Assembly: GCA_041690395.1 (NCBI GenBank)
Contig: JAWLHJ010000002.1
Location: 721,199 to 775,842 of the forward strand
DNA: 54,644 nucleotides
Direction: 5' to 3'
Origin: Longimicrobiales bacterium
Lineage (GTDB): Bacteria; Gemmatimonadota; Gemmatimonadetes; Longimicrobiales; Gaopeijiaceae
Under the pieces are notes generated by a model that had not been told where the DNA came from, made no database searches, and saw nothing but the letters and a program-made list of their open reading frames with translations. Shown here piece by piece: positions 33,579 to 43,740 of the stretch; position 1 is the stretch's first letter, and every line of letters begins with the position of its first letter. The position numbers and the translations under genes are program-made.

Positions 33579-33797
33579 CGGCGCCGAGCCCGCCACCAGC
33601 ACTCCGATTCCGGCCAACACGCCGAGCCCCGCGAAGATGATGCCGTAGGCCGCCCCCTGCTCCTCCCGGGTGAGGCGGAAGAAGTCCACGCCGTCGTCCC
33701 CCAGCACTCGACCCGCGATCGTGCCCGCGATCCACCCGCATGTCGCCGGCACGATCAGGATCAGGACGAAGCCAGTGACGCCGTCGACGTCCGGCAC
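33324..33797 (-). CDS. Small membrane protein, paralog of the upstream gene; 3' end runs antisense into the methyltransferase
   Basis: GGAGG RBS then GTG at 33797; two TM segments around GDD..D.F.L.R.E, shared with the neighbouring gene. Confidence 0.4.
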   Translation of the reverse strand: MPDVDGVTGFVLILIVPATCGWIAGTIAGRVLGDDGVDFFRLTREEQGAAYGIIFAGLGVLAGIGVLVAGSAPLGPETREDMRGGREDHATLSVDEPPEGVLGLGQDLLDALVFEHYAEHGQPSTEVRLDHGAHVGEAGGPGAGDELQPLHPGSPKR

Positions 33798-33804
33798 GAG
33801 CCCG

Positions 33805-34263
33805 TCACCTCCCGCCCACCGGCACCGAGGCGCCGAGGCGGAGCCCCCCACCATCCACATCGGTGAGTGGCCTCACGAACAGGGTCGCTCCGCCGGCGGG
33901 ACGAGGACCTCGAACGCCCCCCCATCGTGCCGCCGCGACCCCGAGCACGGCACCCGCGGCAGCGCCGACGACACCCATGACGGCAATCTTCTCGCCTCGG
34001 TCGAGTGAGAAGAGGTCCGGGCTGTCGTCGCCCGACAGGTGTCCGATCAGCGCGCCGGTCGCGCCGCCGAGGAGTCCCCCCACGATCATGAACTCGACCC
34101 ACCGATCCGGTTCGGAGCCTGGGCCTGATTCACGGGGATCCCGCTCCGGGGCACCCTGGGCCGGCTCGGCCGACGGGTCGGAGCGTACCTGTGCCTGGAG
34201 CGCGGCCGGAGTCACGCTCGAGAGGAGCATCGTGGCCGGGAGGATCCAGGACAGAATGCGCAT
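33805..34263 (-). CDS. Hypothetical exported glycine-zipper membrane protein
   Basis: Signal peptide ending LQA-Q, Gly-rich TM hairpin; start uncertain (ORF track extends to 34344). Confidence 0.55.
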   Translation of the reverse strand: MRILSWILPATMLLSSVTPAALQAQVRSDPSAEPAQGAPERDPRESGPGSEPDRWVEFMIVGGLLGGATGALIGHLSGDDSPDLFSLDRGEKIAVMGVVGAAAGAVLGVAAARWGGVRGPRPAGGATLFVRPLTDVDGGGLRLGASVPVGGR

Positions 34264-34659
34264 CCGGATCACCGGTCTGGTCGGGGCACTCCCGGCAGCG
34301 CGGCAGCTGCCGCCGAGGTGCGGGTCCGTAGCGTTCGACATCATGCCTCCTGGTCGTGGGGATGAACCTCACGACCACGATGCGCCCCGCTTCTCCCACG
34401 ATCCTTACGTGACCCTACGTACGCCGTGTTCCGCGGCTACGCACACGCGTTCGGGGCGCCACCAAGCGCCGTCCACGCCGGTACTTCGGCGCACGCCCCC
34501 CGGCCGCTCCTCCTTCGCCCAGGCATGCGTAGCGGCCGAGGGGCTCCCCTACGAGATCGTGCCCGCCCTCGTACGTAGGACCTCCGACGGATCGGAGGGC
34601 GCCCGGACGGCATCGTTCGCCCGTGACACCACACGCCCTTCCCGATCACGGAGGATCCC

Positions 34660-35283
34660 ATGAGCACCATGTCTCCGACCGCCGTCCACGCCTTCGTTCG
34701 CGCCGTCCGCACCCTCCCCACCGTTCCATCCCTCGTGCTCGCCACCGTGGTGGCCACGAGCGCGCTCCTCACGGAGGGCATCGACCGTCCCGTCGAAGCC
34801 CAGATCCACGAGATCCCCGAATCGATGAGGGCCCGCACGCCTCCGCGGCAGACGCTTTCCGGACCCCGCTTCGGGATGACCGCGTTCACCGGTCAGATCG
34901 CGGAGCTTCGGGACCAGGCCGGCCACGGCCCCTTCATGAGCCAGTTCGGCTGGCAGTTCGAGAACCAGATCGTCTCGACCGAGACCGGCAATCAGGCGCT
35001 CATGGAATTCGTGCTCCTGTTCGGCGGCTTCGAGCAGGAGATGCGCAACCTGTCGCTGTCGTGGCTCGCCGGATATCGCCTTCCCAACGGCTTCGAGCTC
35101 GGTGTGGGTCCCAACTTCGGCGTCCAGCTCAGCTCCGACGGGGGGACCACCACGTCCATGGTGACCGCCGTGGGCGCCACCATGCCCTTCGGCGACATCT
35201 ACGTCCCAGCCAACCTCGCGGTCGCGTGGGCCAGGGGCGGACCGAGGATCACGACGCTGATCGGGTGGATCATCGGCGGGTAG
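34660..35283 (+). CDS. Hypothetical exported protein, possibly a beta-barrel
   Basis: GGAGG RBS, signal-like N-terminus, alternating beta-strand pattern. Confidence 0.6.
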   Translation: MSTMSPTAVHAFVRAVRTLPTVPSLVLATVVATSALLTEGIDRPVEAQIHEIPESMRARTPPRQTLSGPRFGMTAFTGQIAELRDQAGHGPFMSQFGWQFENQIVSTETGNQALMEFVLLFGGFEQEMRNLSLSWLAGYRLPNGFELGVGPNFGVQLSSDGGTTTSMVTAVGATMPFGDIYVPANLAVAWARGGPRITTLIGWIIGG

Positions 35284-35433
35284 CTCCGAGAAGGATCCGT
35301 GCGCCGGGCGGGTCGCGTCCCGCGGACCAGGCTTCTACTCTGTGTCCGTCGGCGCGCCCCACCCGACGCGCCGTACCCACGACCGACCCGTCGCCATGGA
35401 CGTCACGGTCAGAGCCCGTCCACCCAGAGACCC

Positions 35434-35862
35434 TTGCCGCGCACCTCCGTCCATTCGTCCGACCCCGGCCCTTCGGCCCCACCGCCCCGTCGCACGACCC
35501 GATGGTTGTGGATCGCCTGCGGTTGGCTGGCCCTCGGCCTCGGCGCGGTCGGCGCGTTCCTCCCCGTCATCCCCACCACGCCCCTCGTGCTCGTCGCAGC
35601 CTGGTGCTTCTCGAAGGGGTCGGAGCGCCTGCATCGATCGCTCCTGGAGGATCGCCGCTTCGGTCCGCTCATCCACGACTGGGAGCGACACCGCGTCATC
35701 CGCACACGGGCGAAAGTGCTCGCCACCACGATGATCGTGCCCCTGGTCGGCTGGATGGTGCTCGCCACCGACGCGCCCGGATGGGCCAAGGTCGTCACGC
35801 TCGCGCTCGTCCTCTGGGGGCTCGTCTTCATCTGGTCGAAGCCCGGGGCACCGGTAGCATAG
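35434..35862 (+). CDS. YbaN/DUF454 family membrane protein
   Basis: GAFLPVIPTTPLVL.AAWCFSKGS.RLH..L...FGP; start uncertain. Confidence 0.85.
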   Translation: MPRTSVHSSDPGPSAPPPRRTTRWLWIACGWLALGLGAVGAFLPVIPTTPLVLVAAWCFSKGSERLHRSLLEDRRFGPLIHDWERHRVIRTRAKVLATTMIVPLVGWMVLATDAPGWAKVVTLALVLWGLVFIWSKPGAPVA

Positions 35863-35877
35863 CCCGACATAGAGCAG

Positions 35878-37200
35878 TTAATCCGCCTCGGCGCGCGCCT
35901 GGACCTCTTCGAGGCCGTGCGCGAGCACTGCGGCCCCCACGCACATCACCGCGAACAGCGCCAGCACCGCCGCCTCCCCCGCTGCCTGCGCGAGCACGCC
36001 GAACACGCTGCCCGCCAGCAGGAGCACGCCCACCGCCGTGTTCGAGATCGCCACGTAGGCCGCGCGATCTTCCGCGGTCGCCATGTCGACGACGTGCGTC
36101 GAGCGACCGATCCGGACGCCCTGGTAGGCCACCATCGTTACGAAGAGGAGGACCGGGAGCACCACCGGAGCCCTCACCAGCTCGGGGACCGTCCAGGCCG
36201 CCACCGCCGTCGTCCCGATGGCGCCGGCCGCCACCAGCGCCGCGGACCGGAGCACCCGTCGGCTCGAAGTGTCGGCCAACCGTCCCCAGACGTACGCGCT
36301 CACCACCGCTGCCCCGGAGCTGGCGATCACGAACGCGCCCAGGTCACCGAGGTCGCGGCCCCCGTCACGGCCCGAGAGGAGCAGGTAGTAGGGCGGAGCC
36401 AGCGCGGTCGCGAGCAGGAGTCCCCGCGCGCCGATGAAGCGCGCGAGCTGCGGCCGGCGCTTCAGGAGTCCGATCTGGCGTATCGCCACCTTCAGGGGAT
36501 CGCCCCCTCCCTCCGTGGCCCCCGCTTCCTCGGCGAGCGTCGCGAACACGCCTGCCGCCACGAGCCAGAGCATCCCGGCCACCACCAGCGCAACCGTCAC
36601 CATCGACGCCGTGAGTGGAAGAAGCCCGAAGCTGATCGCCGCGCCGAACAGCAGCACGAGGGTCGACGCGATCGAGCCCGCCGCCCCCGTCGCCGTGCCC
36701 CGCGTGGACTTCGAGACCGTCTTGCCCAGCACGTCCTTGTAGCTCACCGACGCCCCGCTCCGGAAGAGCGCGAAGCTCGCGAGGAAAGCGAGGATCGCCC
36801 CGCCGGCCACCACCCCATCCAGCGCCCAGGCCGCCCAAGCCATCCCCAGAACCGAAACCCCCTGCCCTACCGACGCCGCCGCCCAGACCCACTTTCGCCT
36901 CGGCCGTCCCCGGATCCAGGCGGAGGTCGCCAACTGCGGCAGAAGCGATCCCGCCTCCCGGATCGGTACCAGCAGGCCGACCTGCCATGCTGGAGCACCC
37001 AATGTCTCGAGGAGCCACGACAGGACCAGCTTGGGATCGGCCAGGCCGTCGCCCGTCTTGGTCGCCGACAGGCTCGCCACGTGCTTCACGAAGTTGCCCG
37101 GCTGCTCCCGGCAGGCCGCCTCGGGGATGTCCCGGCAGACCCGCCCCTCGTCCTCGTCCGCCAGGATCTCGTAGGCCGCGCGCGTGACCGAGCCGCTCAC
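35878..37200 (-). CDS. MFS-type transporter
   Basis: Multiple TM segments, LVPIREAGSLLPQL, WGRLAD; GTGA overlap with the globin stop. Confidence 0.8.
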   Translation of the reverse strand: MSGSVTRAAYEILADEDEGRVCRDIPEAACREQPGNFVKHVASLSATKTGDGLADPKLVLSWLLETLGAPAWQVGLLVPIREAGSLLPQLATSAWIRGRPRRKWVWAAASVGQGVSVLGMAWAAWALDGVVAGGAILAFLASFALFRSGASVSYKDVLGKTVSKSTRGTATGAAGSIASTLVLLFGAAISFGLLPLTASMVTVALVVAGMLWLVAAGVFATLAEEAGATEGGGDPLKVAIRQIGLLKRRPQLARFIGARGLLLATALAPPYYLLLSGRDGGRDLGDLGAFVIASSGAAVVSAYVWGRLADTSSRRVLRSAALVAAGAIGTTAVAAWTVPELVRAPVVLPVLLFVTMVAYQGVRIGRSTHVVDMATAEDRAAYVAISNTAVGVLLLAGSVFGVLAQAAGEAAVLALFAVMCVGAAVLAHGLEEVQARAEAD

Positions 37201-37652
37201 GACCCGGGCTGCTCCGGCCCACCCGCGCCCTCCGGCCCGCCCGAACCCCTCGGCGCCTGGTTGCGCATATGATCCGCGACGCCACGGAAGCGGTGGCTCA
37301 GGAACTCGCGCACCATCTCCGGCATCTCCTGCTCCTCGAGCGCCTGGTCCATGCACCGAACCCAAGCATCGCGCTCCTCCTCCCCGATCGGGAACGGAAG
37401 GTGACGCGCCCGCAGCCGCGGGTGCCCGTACTTCTCCACGTAGAGCTGCGGCCCGCCCAGCCATCCCGTCAGGAAGAGACGGAGCTTCTCCCGCGACGAG
37501 TCCAGGGTCGGGGGATGCAGGGCCCGGATACCAGCGGCCTCCGGCTGCGTGTCCATCAGATCGTAGAATCGGTCGACCAGCTGCCGGACGGCACTCTCGC
37601 CGCCGATCAGCTCGTAGGGCGTGCGGGCCGTCCCGCTCTCGGATTCAGTCAT
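37197..37652 (-). CDS. Group II truncated hemoglobin (GlbO-like)
   Basis: YELIGG, LVDRFY, GWLGGP..Y...GHPRLRARH.PF.I. Confidence 0.92.
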   Translation of the reverse strand: MTESESGTARTPYELIGGESAVRQLVDRFYDLMDTQPEAAGIRALHPPTLDSSREKLRLFLTGWLGGPQLYVEKYGHPRLRARHLPFPIGEEERDAWVRCMDQALEEQEMPEMVREFLSHRFRGVADHMRNQAPRGSGGPEGAGGPEQPGS

Positions 37653-38003
37653 CGACGCACGCTTCCTCGGCTCGATTCCCATTCGTCACTCCACGACCCC
37701 CTCCACCCGGCCACCCCGATCACGTTCGCTCGTTCGCGGCCCCGACCCAAGGGGCCGGCCGTGCCCTTCTTCGGGCCTCCCGTGCCGGAGCTCATCGCGC
37801 ATGGAGCGGCATTCCACCAACGGCGGCTACTACCAGCGCGCTGCAGCCACGAAGCGGTAACGGCTGCGTCGCAGCGGGCCCGGGCCGGTTGCCCGGGGCT
37901 CGGCGGCGCCCGAACGTCATGCATTGGAAGCCGCCGCACCGTCAGGAACCCGCTACCCGGACCGCTGTCGCCCCGCTTCGAGCCCCCTCCAGGACCGACG
38001 CCC

Positions 38004-39545
38004 ATGGACCGCCGCACCTTCCTCGCCGACCTGCCGCGCTGGGCCTTCCTGTGCGCCGGCGTCCCCATCGGCTGGCGGGTGACCTCGCGGCCGCGCCTGG
38101 TCGATGACCCCTTCGCCCTCGGCGTCGCATCGGGCGATCCCCTTCCGGACCGTTGCGTCGTCTGGACCCGCCTCGCCCCCCAGCCCCTCGAGCCGCTCGG
38201 AGGCATGGACGGCGCGCGCGTGGTCGTCGACTGGGAGGTGGCTCAGGACGAAGGCTTCGGACGCGTCGTCCGCGAAGGGCGCCACACCGCCGCGCCGGAG
38301 CTCGGCTACTCCGTGCACGTCGACGTCGACGGCCTCGAGCCCGACCGGTGGTACTTCTATCGCTTCCACCTCGCCAACGGCACCAGCCCCGTGGGACGGC
38401 TCCGCACCGCCCCCGCGCCGGGCGCGGATACGCCACTCGAGATGGCCGTCGCCTCGTGCCAGCACTACGAGCAGGGCCTCTTCACCGCGTACGAGCATAT
38501 GGCCCGAGAAGAGATCGACCTCGTCGCGCACCTCGGCGACTACATCTACGAGACCGCTTCCAACGCCGACCGGGTCCGCGCCCACCACGGACGCGAGATC
38601 CAGACCGTCGACGAATACCGCACACGATACGCGCAGTACAAGTGGGACCCCGCCCTCCAGGCCGCCCACGCCCGTTGCCCGTGGATCGTCACCTGGGACG
38701 ATCACGAGGTGGACAACAACTACGCCGGCCTCGTGGGCGAGAACGACCGGGAGAGCGAGGAGCAGATGCGCCAGCGCCGCGCCGCCGCCTACCAGGCCTG
38801 GTGGGAGAACCAGCCCGTGCGCATACCCCGCGCCCGGTCCTGGGCCGACCTCGACATCCGGAGATCGTTCGCCTGGGGTCGCACCGCCGCCATGAACGTG
38901 CTCGACACCCGTCAGTACAGGAGCGACCAGGCATGCGGCGACGGCACCCGCGACGTCCCCTGCGGAGACTGGGACGATCCCGAGCGCACCATGCTCGGCG
39001 ACGCGCAGGAGCGTTGGCTCCTGGACCGGCTCGGGCGTGACGAGGCGCGCTGGCAGGTCCTCGCGCAGCAGGTCATGATGGCCCCGCTCGACTGGGATGC
39101 CGGGCAGGGCATCCGCACCTCCATGGACCAGTGGAGCGGATACCCAGCGGCACGAGATCGTCTCCTCCAGGCGATCGCCGAGCGGACTCCGAACCGGACC
39201 GTGGTGCTCACGGGAGACATCCACTCCAACTGGGTCAACGACCTCCGGGCCGGCTCCGACCGCCCCGACCGACCGGTGGTGGGCACCGAGTTCGTCGGCA
39301 CCTCCATCAGCTCGAGCGGCGACGGAGCGGACACGAACGACGCCGTCCAGGGCGCGCTCCGCCACAACCCGCACCTGAAGTGGCACAACAGCCGCCGCGG
39401 GTACGTCCGCTGCAGCGTCGGCCCGGACGCGTGGACGACCGACTACCGGACGATCGACTACGTCAGCCGCCCCGGAGCGCCGATCCGGACGGAGTCGCGT
39501 TGGCGGGTGGAAGCGGGCAGGCCGGGCGCGATACGGATCGGCTGA
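38004..39545 (+). CDS. phoD: PhoD-family alkaline phosphatase, Tat-exported
   Basis: MDRRTFL, FALGVASGDP, HLGDYIYE, WDDHEVDNN, LDTRQYR, TGDIH. Confidence 0.92.
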   Translation: MDRRTFLADLPRWAFLCAGVPIGWRVTSRPRLVDDPFALGVASGDPLPDRCVVWTRLAPQPLEPLGGMDGARVVVDWEVAQDEGFGRVVREGRHTAAPELGYSVHVDVDGLEPDRWYFYRFHLANGTSPVGRLRTAPAPGADTPLEMAVASCQHYEQGLFTAYEHMAREEIDLVAHLGDYIYETASNADRVRAHHGREIQTVDEYRTRYAQYKWDPALQAAHARCPWIVTWDDHEVDNNYAGLVGENDRESEEQMRQRRAAAYQAWWENQPVRIPRARSWADLDIRRSFAWGRTAAMNVLDTRQYRSDQACGDGTRDVPCGDWDDPERTMLGDAQERWLLDRLGRDEARWQVLAQQVMMAPLDWDAGQGIRTSMDQWSGYPAARDRLLQAIAERTPNRTVVLTGDIHSNWVNDLRAGSDRPDRPVVGTEFVGTSISSSGDGADTNDAVQGALRHNPHLKWHNSRRGYVRCSVGPDAWTTDYRTIDYVSRPGAPIRTESRWRVEAGRPGAIRIG

Positions 39546-39633
39546 AGGGTGGCGCGCGGGTCGGCCGACCGGTGGCGCAGATCGGCTGACGGGTGGCGGG
39601 ACGCGGCGGCGCTCCCTTAGGCTTCACCACGGG

Positions 39634-41547
39634 ATGCGCCCTCCAGCGGTTCGCATCCCGCCCTCGCCTCCGGAGCCGTCCCGCTTGACCCACTCCGAGC
39701 TCCTCATCGGCATCGCCGCCATCTTCGTCCTCGGCATCGGCGCGCAGTGGATCGCCGCCAAGCTCAACACTCCGTCCATCCTGCCGCTCCTGATCCTCGG
39801 CTTCATCGCCGGCCCCGTCACCGGGCTCGTGCGGCCGGACGAGATGTTCGGGGATCTCCTCTTCGTGATCGTGCCCCTGGCCGTCGGCGTCGTGCTCTTC
39901 GAGGGAGGCATGACGCTGTCCATCTCCGAGATCCGGAGCCATCACGGCGTCGTGCGCCGCCTCATCACCACCGGCATGCTCGTCACGTGGGGCATCGCCG
40001 CCGGCGCGGCCATCGTCATCCTGAACCTCTCTTCGGGGATCGCGGTCCTGTTCGGCGCCGTGATCGTCGTGTCCGGCCCCACGGTCGTCGGCCCGCTGCT
40101 CCGCTCCGTCCGCCCGCGCCCGCGCATGCGCACGATCCTGAACTGGGAGGGGATCCTCATCGATCCCATCGGCGCGACCCTCGCCGTGATCGTGTTCGGC
40201 ATCCTGATCGCCGGCGGCGGCTCGCTCACCGGCGGGCTCGGCGGCGTCCTTTCGACCCTGGCGGCGGGCGCGATCGTCGGCCTGATCGGGGCCGGCGCGA
40301 TGGTCCTGCTTCTCAAGGGATACCTGATCCCCGATCGCATGCAGGCTTCGGTCACGCTGGCGGCCATCGTGACCGCGTTCGTCGTCTCCGATCTCATACG
40401 GCCCGAATCCGGGCTGCTCGCCGTCACCCTCATGGGGATCGCCCTCGCGAACCAGCCCTTCGTGCCCGTCGGTCGTATCGTGGCCTTCAAGGAGACCCTC
40501 CGGGACCTCCTCATCGCCGCGCTCTTCATCGTGCTCGCCGCCCGGCTCGAGATGGAGGACGTGCTGTCCGTCGGCTTCGCAGAGGTTCTCTTCCTTTCGG
40601 TGATGGTGCTTCTGGCACGGCCGCTCACCGTGTTCATCTCCACCCTCGGCTCCGATCTCAGCCAGCGCGAGCGACTGTTCCTGGCATGGGTCGCCCCACG
40701 CGGCATCGTCGCCGCCGCCGTGGCCTCCGTCTTCGCGATCCCGCTGGAGGCGCAGGAGATCGTCGACGCCGACCGGCTCGTGCCGCTCACCTTCTTCGTC
40801 ATCGTCGGAACCGTCGCGCTCTACTCGCTGACCGCCAAGGTCGTGGGACGCCTGCTCGGCGTCGTCGACGAGCGCCCCGGCGGGCTCACCATCGTGGGCG
40901 CCAACCCCGTCGCGCGTGAGCTCGCCAAGTCCCTGGCCGATGCCGGGGTCGAAGTCCAGCTCATCGCCACGAACCATTCGGAGCTCACCAAGGCCCGGAT
41001 CGAAGGTCTAGACGCCGTGCGGGCCAGCGTGCTGGACCAGGTCTCCGAGGAGACCAGCGGCATCCTGCTGATCGCCACGCCCAACGACGAGTTCAACACC
41101 CTCGCCGCCATCCGCGCCGTCGAGTCGCGGGACCGGGCCCACGTCTATCAGCTCGCGCCGTCGGGCGGGAGCGACACCGCGGCCGCCCGGCCGCGCGCCC
41201 GCCTCTTCGTGTCCCCCGAGCTCACCTTCATCATGGCCTCGGAAGCGATGCTCGCGGGGGGCACCTTCCGCGGCACCGCGCTCACCGAGCAGTTCACCTT
41301 CCATGATTACCGGAAGCGCTATGGGGACCGGGCGATCCCCACCTTCCTCGTGGAGCGGAAGCGCCTCGTCGGGGTCTTCAGCGCGGACTCGTCGCTCACG
41401 CCCTCGCCCGGACAGATCGTCGTGTCCTTGATCACGCCCGAGGTCCCCGCGCCCGCGACGGTCGACGAGGAGGAGGTCATCGAGGCCATGGAGCGGAGCG
41501 GGCCCACGGGCCCGGAGGGGACGGGGCCGACCGGCTCGGGGACGTAG
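39634..41547 (+). CDS. CPA1 cation/H+ antiporter with C-terminal RCK-like domain
   Basis: LFEGG, SGPTVV.PLL, WEGILIDP.GA, APRGIVAA; start may be TTG at 39685. Confidence 0.88.
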   Translation: MRPPAVRIPPSPPEPSRLTHSELLIGIAAIFVLGIGAQWIAAKLNTPSILPLLILGFIAGPVTGLVRPDEMFGDLLFVIVPLAVGVVLFEGGMTLSISEIRSHHGVVRRLITTGMLVTWGIAAGAAIVILNLSSGIAVLFGAVIVVSGPTVVGPLLRSVRPRPRMRTILNWEGILIDPIGATLAVIVFGILIAGGGSLTGGLGGVLSTLAAGAIVGLIGAGAMVLLLKGYLIPDRMQASVTLAAIVTAFVVSDLIRPESGLLAVTLMGIALANQPFVPVGRIVAFKETLRDLLIAALFIVLAARLEMEDVLSVGFAEVLFLSVMVLLARPLTVFISTLGSDLSQRERLFLAWVAPRGIVAAAVASVFAIPLEAQEIVDADRLVPLTFFVIVGTVALYSLTAKVVGRLLGVVDERPGGLTIVGANPVARELAKSLADAGVEVQLIATNHSELTKARIEGLDAVRASVLDQVSEETSGILLIATPNDEFNTLAAIRAVESRDRAHVYQLAPSGGSDTAAARPRARLFVSPELTFIMASEAMLAGGTFRGTALTEQFTFHDYRKRYGDRAIPTFLVERKRLVGVFSADSSLTPSPGQIVVSLITPEVPAPATVDEEEVIEAMERSGPTGPEGTGPTGSGT

Positions 41548-41820
41548 GCTTCGCGCCGGAGGCCGCAGCGCCCCGCGTGTCCGTCCTTCCGGCCCAACAG
41601 GTCCGTGAGCCGCGGAGCCCCGGCGGAGCCCCGAACGCATCGTCTTCCCGCGCCGTGGGGTCCGTAGGCCCCAGCCCCCGAGGCATCCCCTTCCCACGCC
41701 GCGACGTCCGCAGACCCAGCCCCCGAGACATCGCCTTCCCCAGCCACGACCCACAACGAGGTGCCCACGGCCGTCCCGTTCCGGCATTCCCTCGCCCCGC
41801 GTCTCCGTGCTCCTTGCACC

Positions 41821-43101
41821 ATGCGCAGAGAGCCCGCCGTGACTGTTCGCGTCCACCCCCAGGAGGACCGCATCCTCATCCGATTCGGATGGCGTCGCTT
41901 CGCCGCCGTGCTCGACGCCGTGAAGGCACTCGCCGGGCGCCGCTACCTCCCGGAGCGGGCGCTCTGGAGCGCCCCCGCCCCCGATGCCGCCATCCGATCT
42001 CTCCAGCAGGCGTTGGGGAGGGATGAAGTGTGGATCATCGACGACCGTCCGTTGCTCGGGCCCGAGCTGCCGGCGGGGTGGACCAAGCCGGACGATCGGA
42101 ACCGGCCGGAGGGTCGACATCGGCGCACCACGGCGCAGGCGACCCGACCGGAACGCCCCACGGAAGCGCACCCGGCACGCCCCACCCGCGCCGATGCCCG
42201 AGACCCGGCGCGTCTCGAGCCATCCGACGCCCCAGCCCCCTCGCGGCTCGACCCGACGGGCGACGAGCTCCTGGCGCGCGTCCACGCTGCACTCGACCTC
42301 AGGGGATACAGTCCGCGCACGCGGAAGGTCTATCTAGGCCACCTCCGCCGATTCTTCGAGTGGTGCGGGGGCGGCACCCCGAAGCTGCCGGAAGATCCCG
42401 CGCGGAGTGCGCAAGCGTACCTCCTCGAGCTCGTACGTGGGCCCGGTATCTCGAAGAGCTACCATAACCAGATCGTGAGCGCCCTCCGGTTCCTGTGCGA
42501 GACCGTGCTCGGGCAGCCCCGGCTCGCGCTCCGGATCCCGAGGCCCCGGAAGGAGCGGAAGCTCCCCGCGGTGCTAAGCCCCGGCGAAGTCGCCCGCATA
42601 CTCGGCAAGACCCGGAACCTCAAGCACCGAGCGCTGCTCATGCTCCTCTACAGCGCCGGCCTCAGGGTGGGCGAGGTGGTCCGGCTCACACCCGCCGATC
42701 TCGACATGGATCGCGGGCTCGTGCGTGTGCGCGGCGGCAAAGGCGGAAAGGATCGGTACACATTGCTGGCCCAACGAGCCATCGAAGCCGTGCGTCTCTA
42801 CCGGGACGCCTATCCCGCACGCCCGTGGCTGTTTCCCGGTGGTATGAAGGAGACCCACCTGACGACGCGATCTGTCCAACGCATCGTCCAGGAAGCTGCC
42901 GAAGCCGCCGGCATCGAGAAGCACGTCACGGCCCACACCCTCCGTCACAGCTTCGCCACCCATCTCCTGGAGGGCGGCACGAACCTCCGCGTCATCCAGG
43001 AGCTCCTCGGCCACCAGAGCGCGAGGACGACCCAGGTGTACACCCACGTGGCCCGGTCCACCCTGGAAACCGTGAGGAGCCCGCTGGACAACCTGGAGTG
43101 A
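41821..43101 (+). CDS. Tyrosine recombinase of an integron-like element (SAM-like plus catalytic domains, extra N-terminal domain, no IntI-specific insertion)
   Basis: YSPRTRKVY, LPAVLS, YSAGLRVGE, GKGGKDR, HTLRHSFATHLLE, LGH, TQVY, terminal RSPLD; start uncertain (41761/41821/41839). Confidence 0.92.
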   Translation: MRREPAVTVRVHPQEDRILIRFGWRRFAAVLDAVKALAGRRYLPERALWSAPAPDAAIRSLQQALGRDEVWIIDDRPLLGPELPAGWTKPDDRNRPEGRHRRTTAQATRPERPTEAHPARPTRADARDPARLEPSDAPAPSRLDPTGDELLARVHAALDLRGYSPRTRKVYLGHLRRFFEWCGGGTPKLPEDPARSAQAYLLELVRGPGISKSYHNQIVSALRFLCETVLGQPRLALRIPRPRKERKLPAVLSPGEVARILGKTRNLKHRALLMLLYSAGLRVGEVVRLTPADLDMDRGLVRVRGGKGGKDRYTLLAQRAIEAVRLYRDAYPARPWLFPGGMKETHLTTRSVQRIVQEAAEAAGIEKHVTAHTLRHSFATHLLEGGTNLRVIQELLGHQSARTTQVYTHVARSTLETVRSPLDNLE

Positions 43102-43189
43102 AGCGGACCGGATCTTCGGGCCAGATCGGGTCGATGGGCGGTGGGCCACAGGCGGGGCGACCGGAGGCCGGGCCCCCGACGCGATTACC

Positions 43190-43218
43190 TTGCGCCTTAT
43201 CGACAGCCGGTGAACAAT
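43190..43218 (+). promoter_or_regulatory. Candidate cassette promoter (Pc-like)
   Basis: TTGCGC-17bp-AACAAT about 110 bp upstream of the putative attI, pointing into the array. Confidence 0.3.
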
Positions 43219-43318
43219 GCCAGGGTCGGAGCCAAGCCGTCAGGCGCCTCTAATATCGGGACTCTCGACGTCGGAAATCCCCCCGAGAAAGAGCGTAAAG
43301 CGACACTTTGCTTCGGCA

Positions 43319-43332
43319 ATAACCAGTTATGG
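43319..43332 (+). other. Putative attI-type primary recombination site (crossover near G43326/TT)
   Basis: ATAAC-CA-GTTAT palindrome; gttatggaacattggc pairs with gccaacgtcccataac before the first attC; downstream sequence matches the start of the last cassette (54569). Confidence 0.75.
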
Positions 43333-43740
43333 AACATTGGCCGAGCGGTTCGGTTTCTTGCGTCGGCTCCCTATGACGGAGGGCTTGCACGGTCGCGGCG
43401 CGGGGCTCCCCTCTGCCCCCTTTGGGGGCTCTGTAGTTTCCCGTCCGCGCCTGAGCTGGAGCCGACGCTAGACCCGCAGCTTCATCGTCATCTTCCTTGC
43501 TCAGAGGACCCGGCTACCCGATCGCCAGTGGCTCCCTGCGTCGGCGGGGCGAGTGCCTCGAAGGAGGCGCGGCTCCCTTCGTCGCGATCCCGAGAGACCA
43601 GCGCTGTAACTGAGCTCAGGTTCTTGAAGTGAAGTTCTCTCGGAGCCGCGCTTTCTCCGGGGGTAGGCCCGCCGACGCCAGGCGGAGTGCTTGGTCTCAT
43701 CGGGCGGGCTCACGTGGACATCGTGGAAGCCAACGTCCCA

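Noticed and set aside
41821..43101. Calling the gene intI or xerC/xerD
   Set aside because: It lacks the IntI-specific insertion, while the SPLD tail, N-terminal extension and array context do not fit housekeeping Xer.
43141..43632. 163 aa ORF after the recombinase
   Set aside because: It crosses the putative attI/cassette boundary and has no recognisable motifs.
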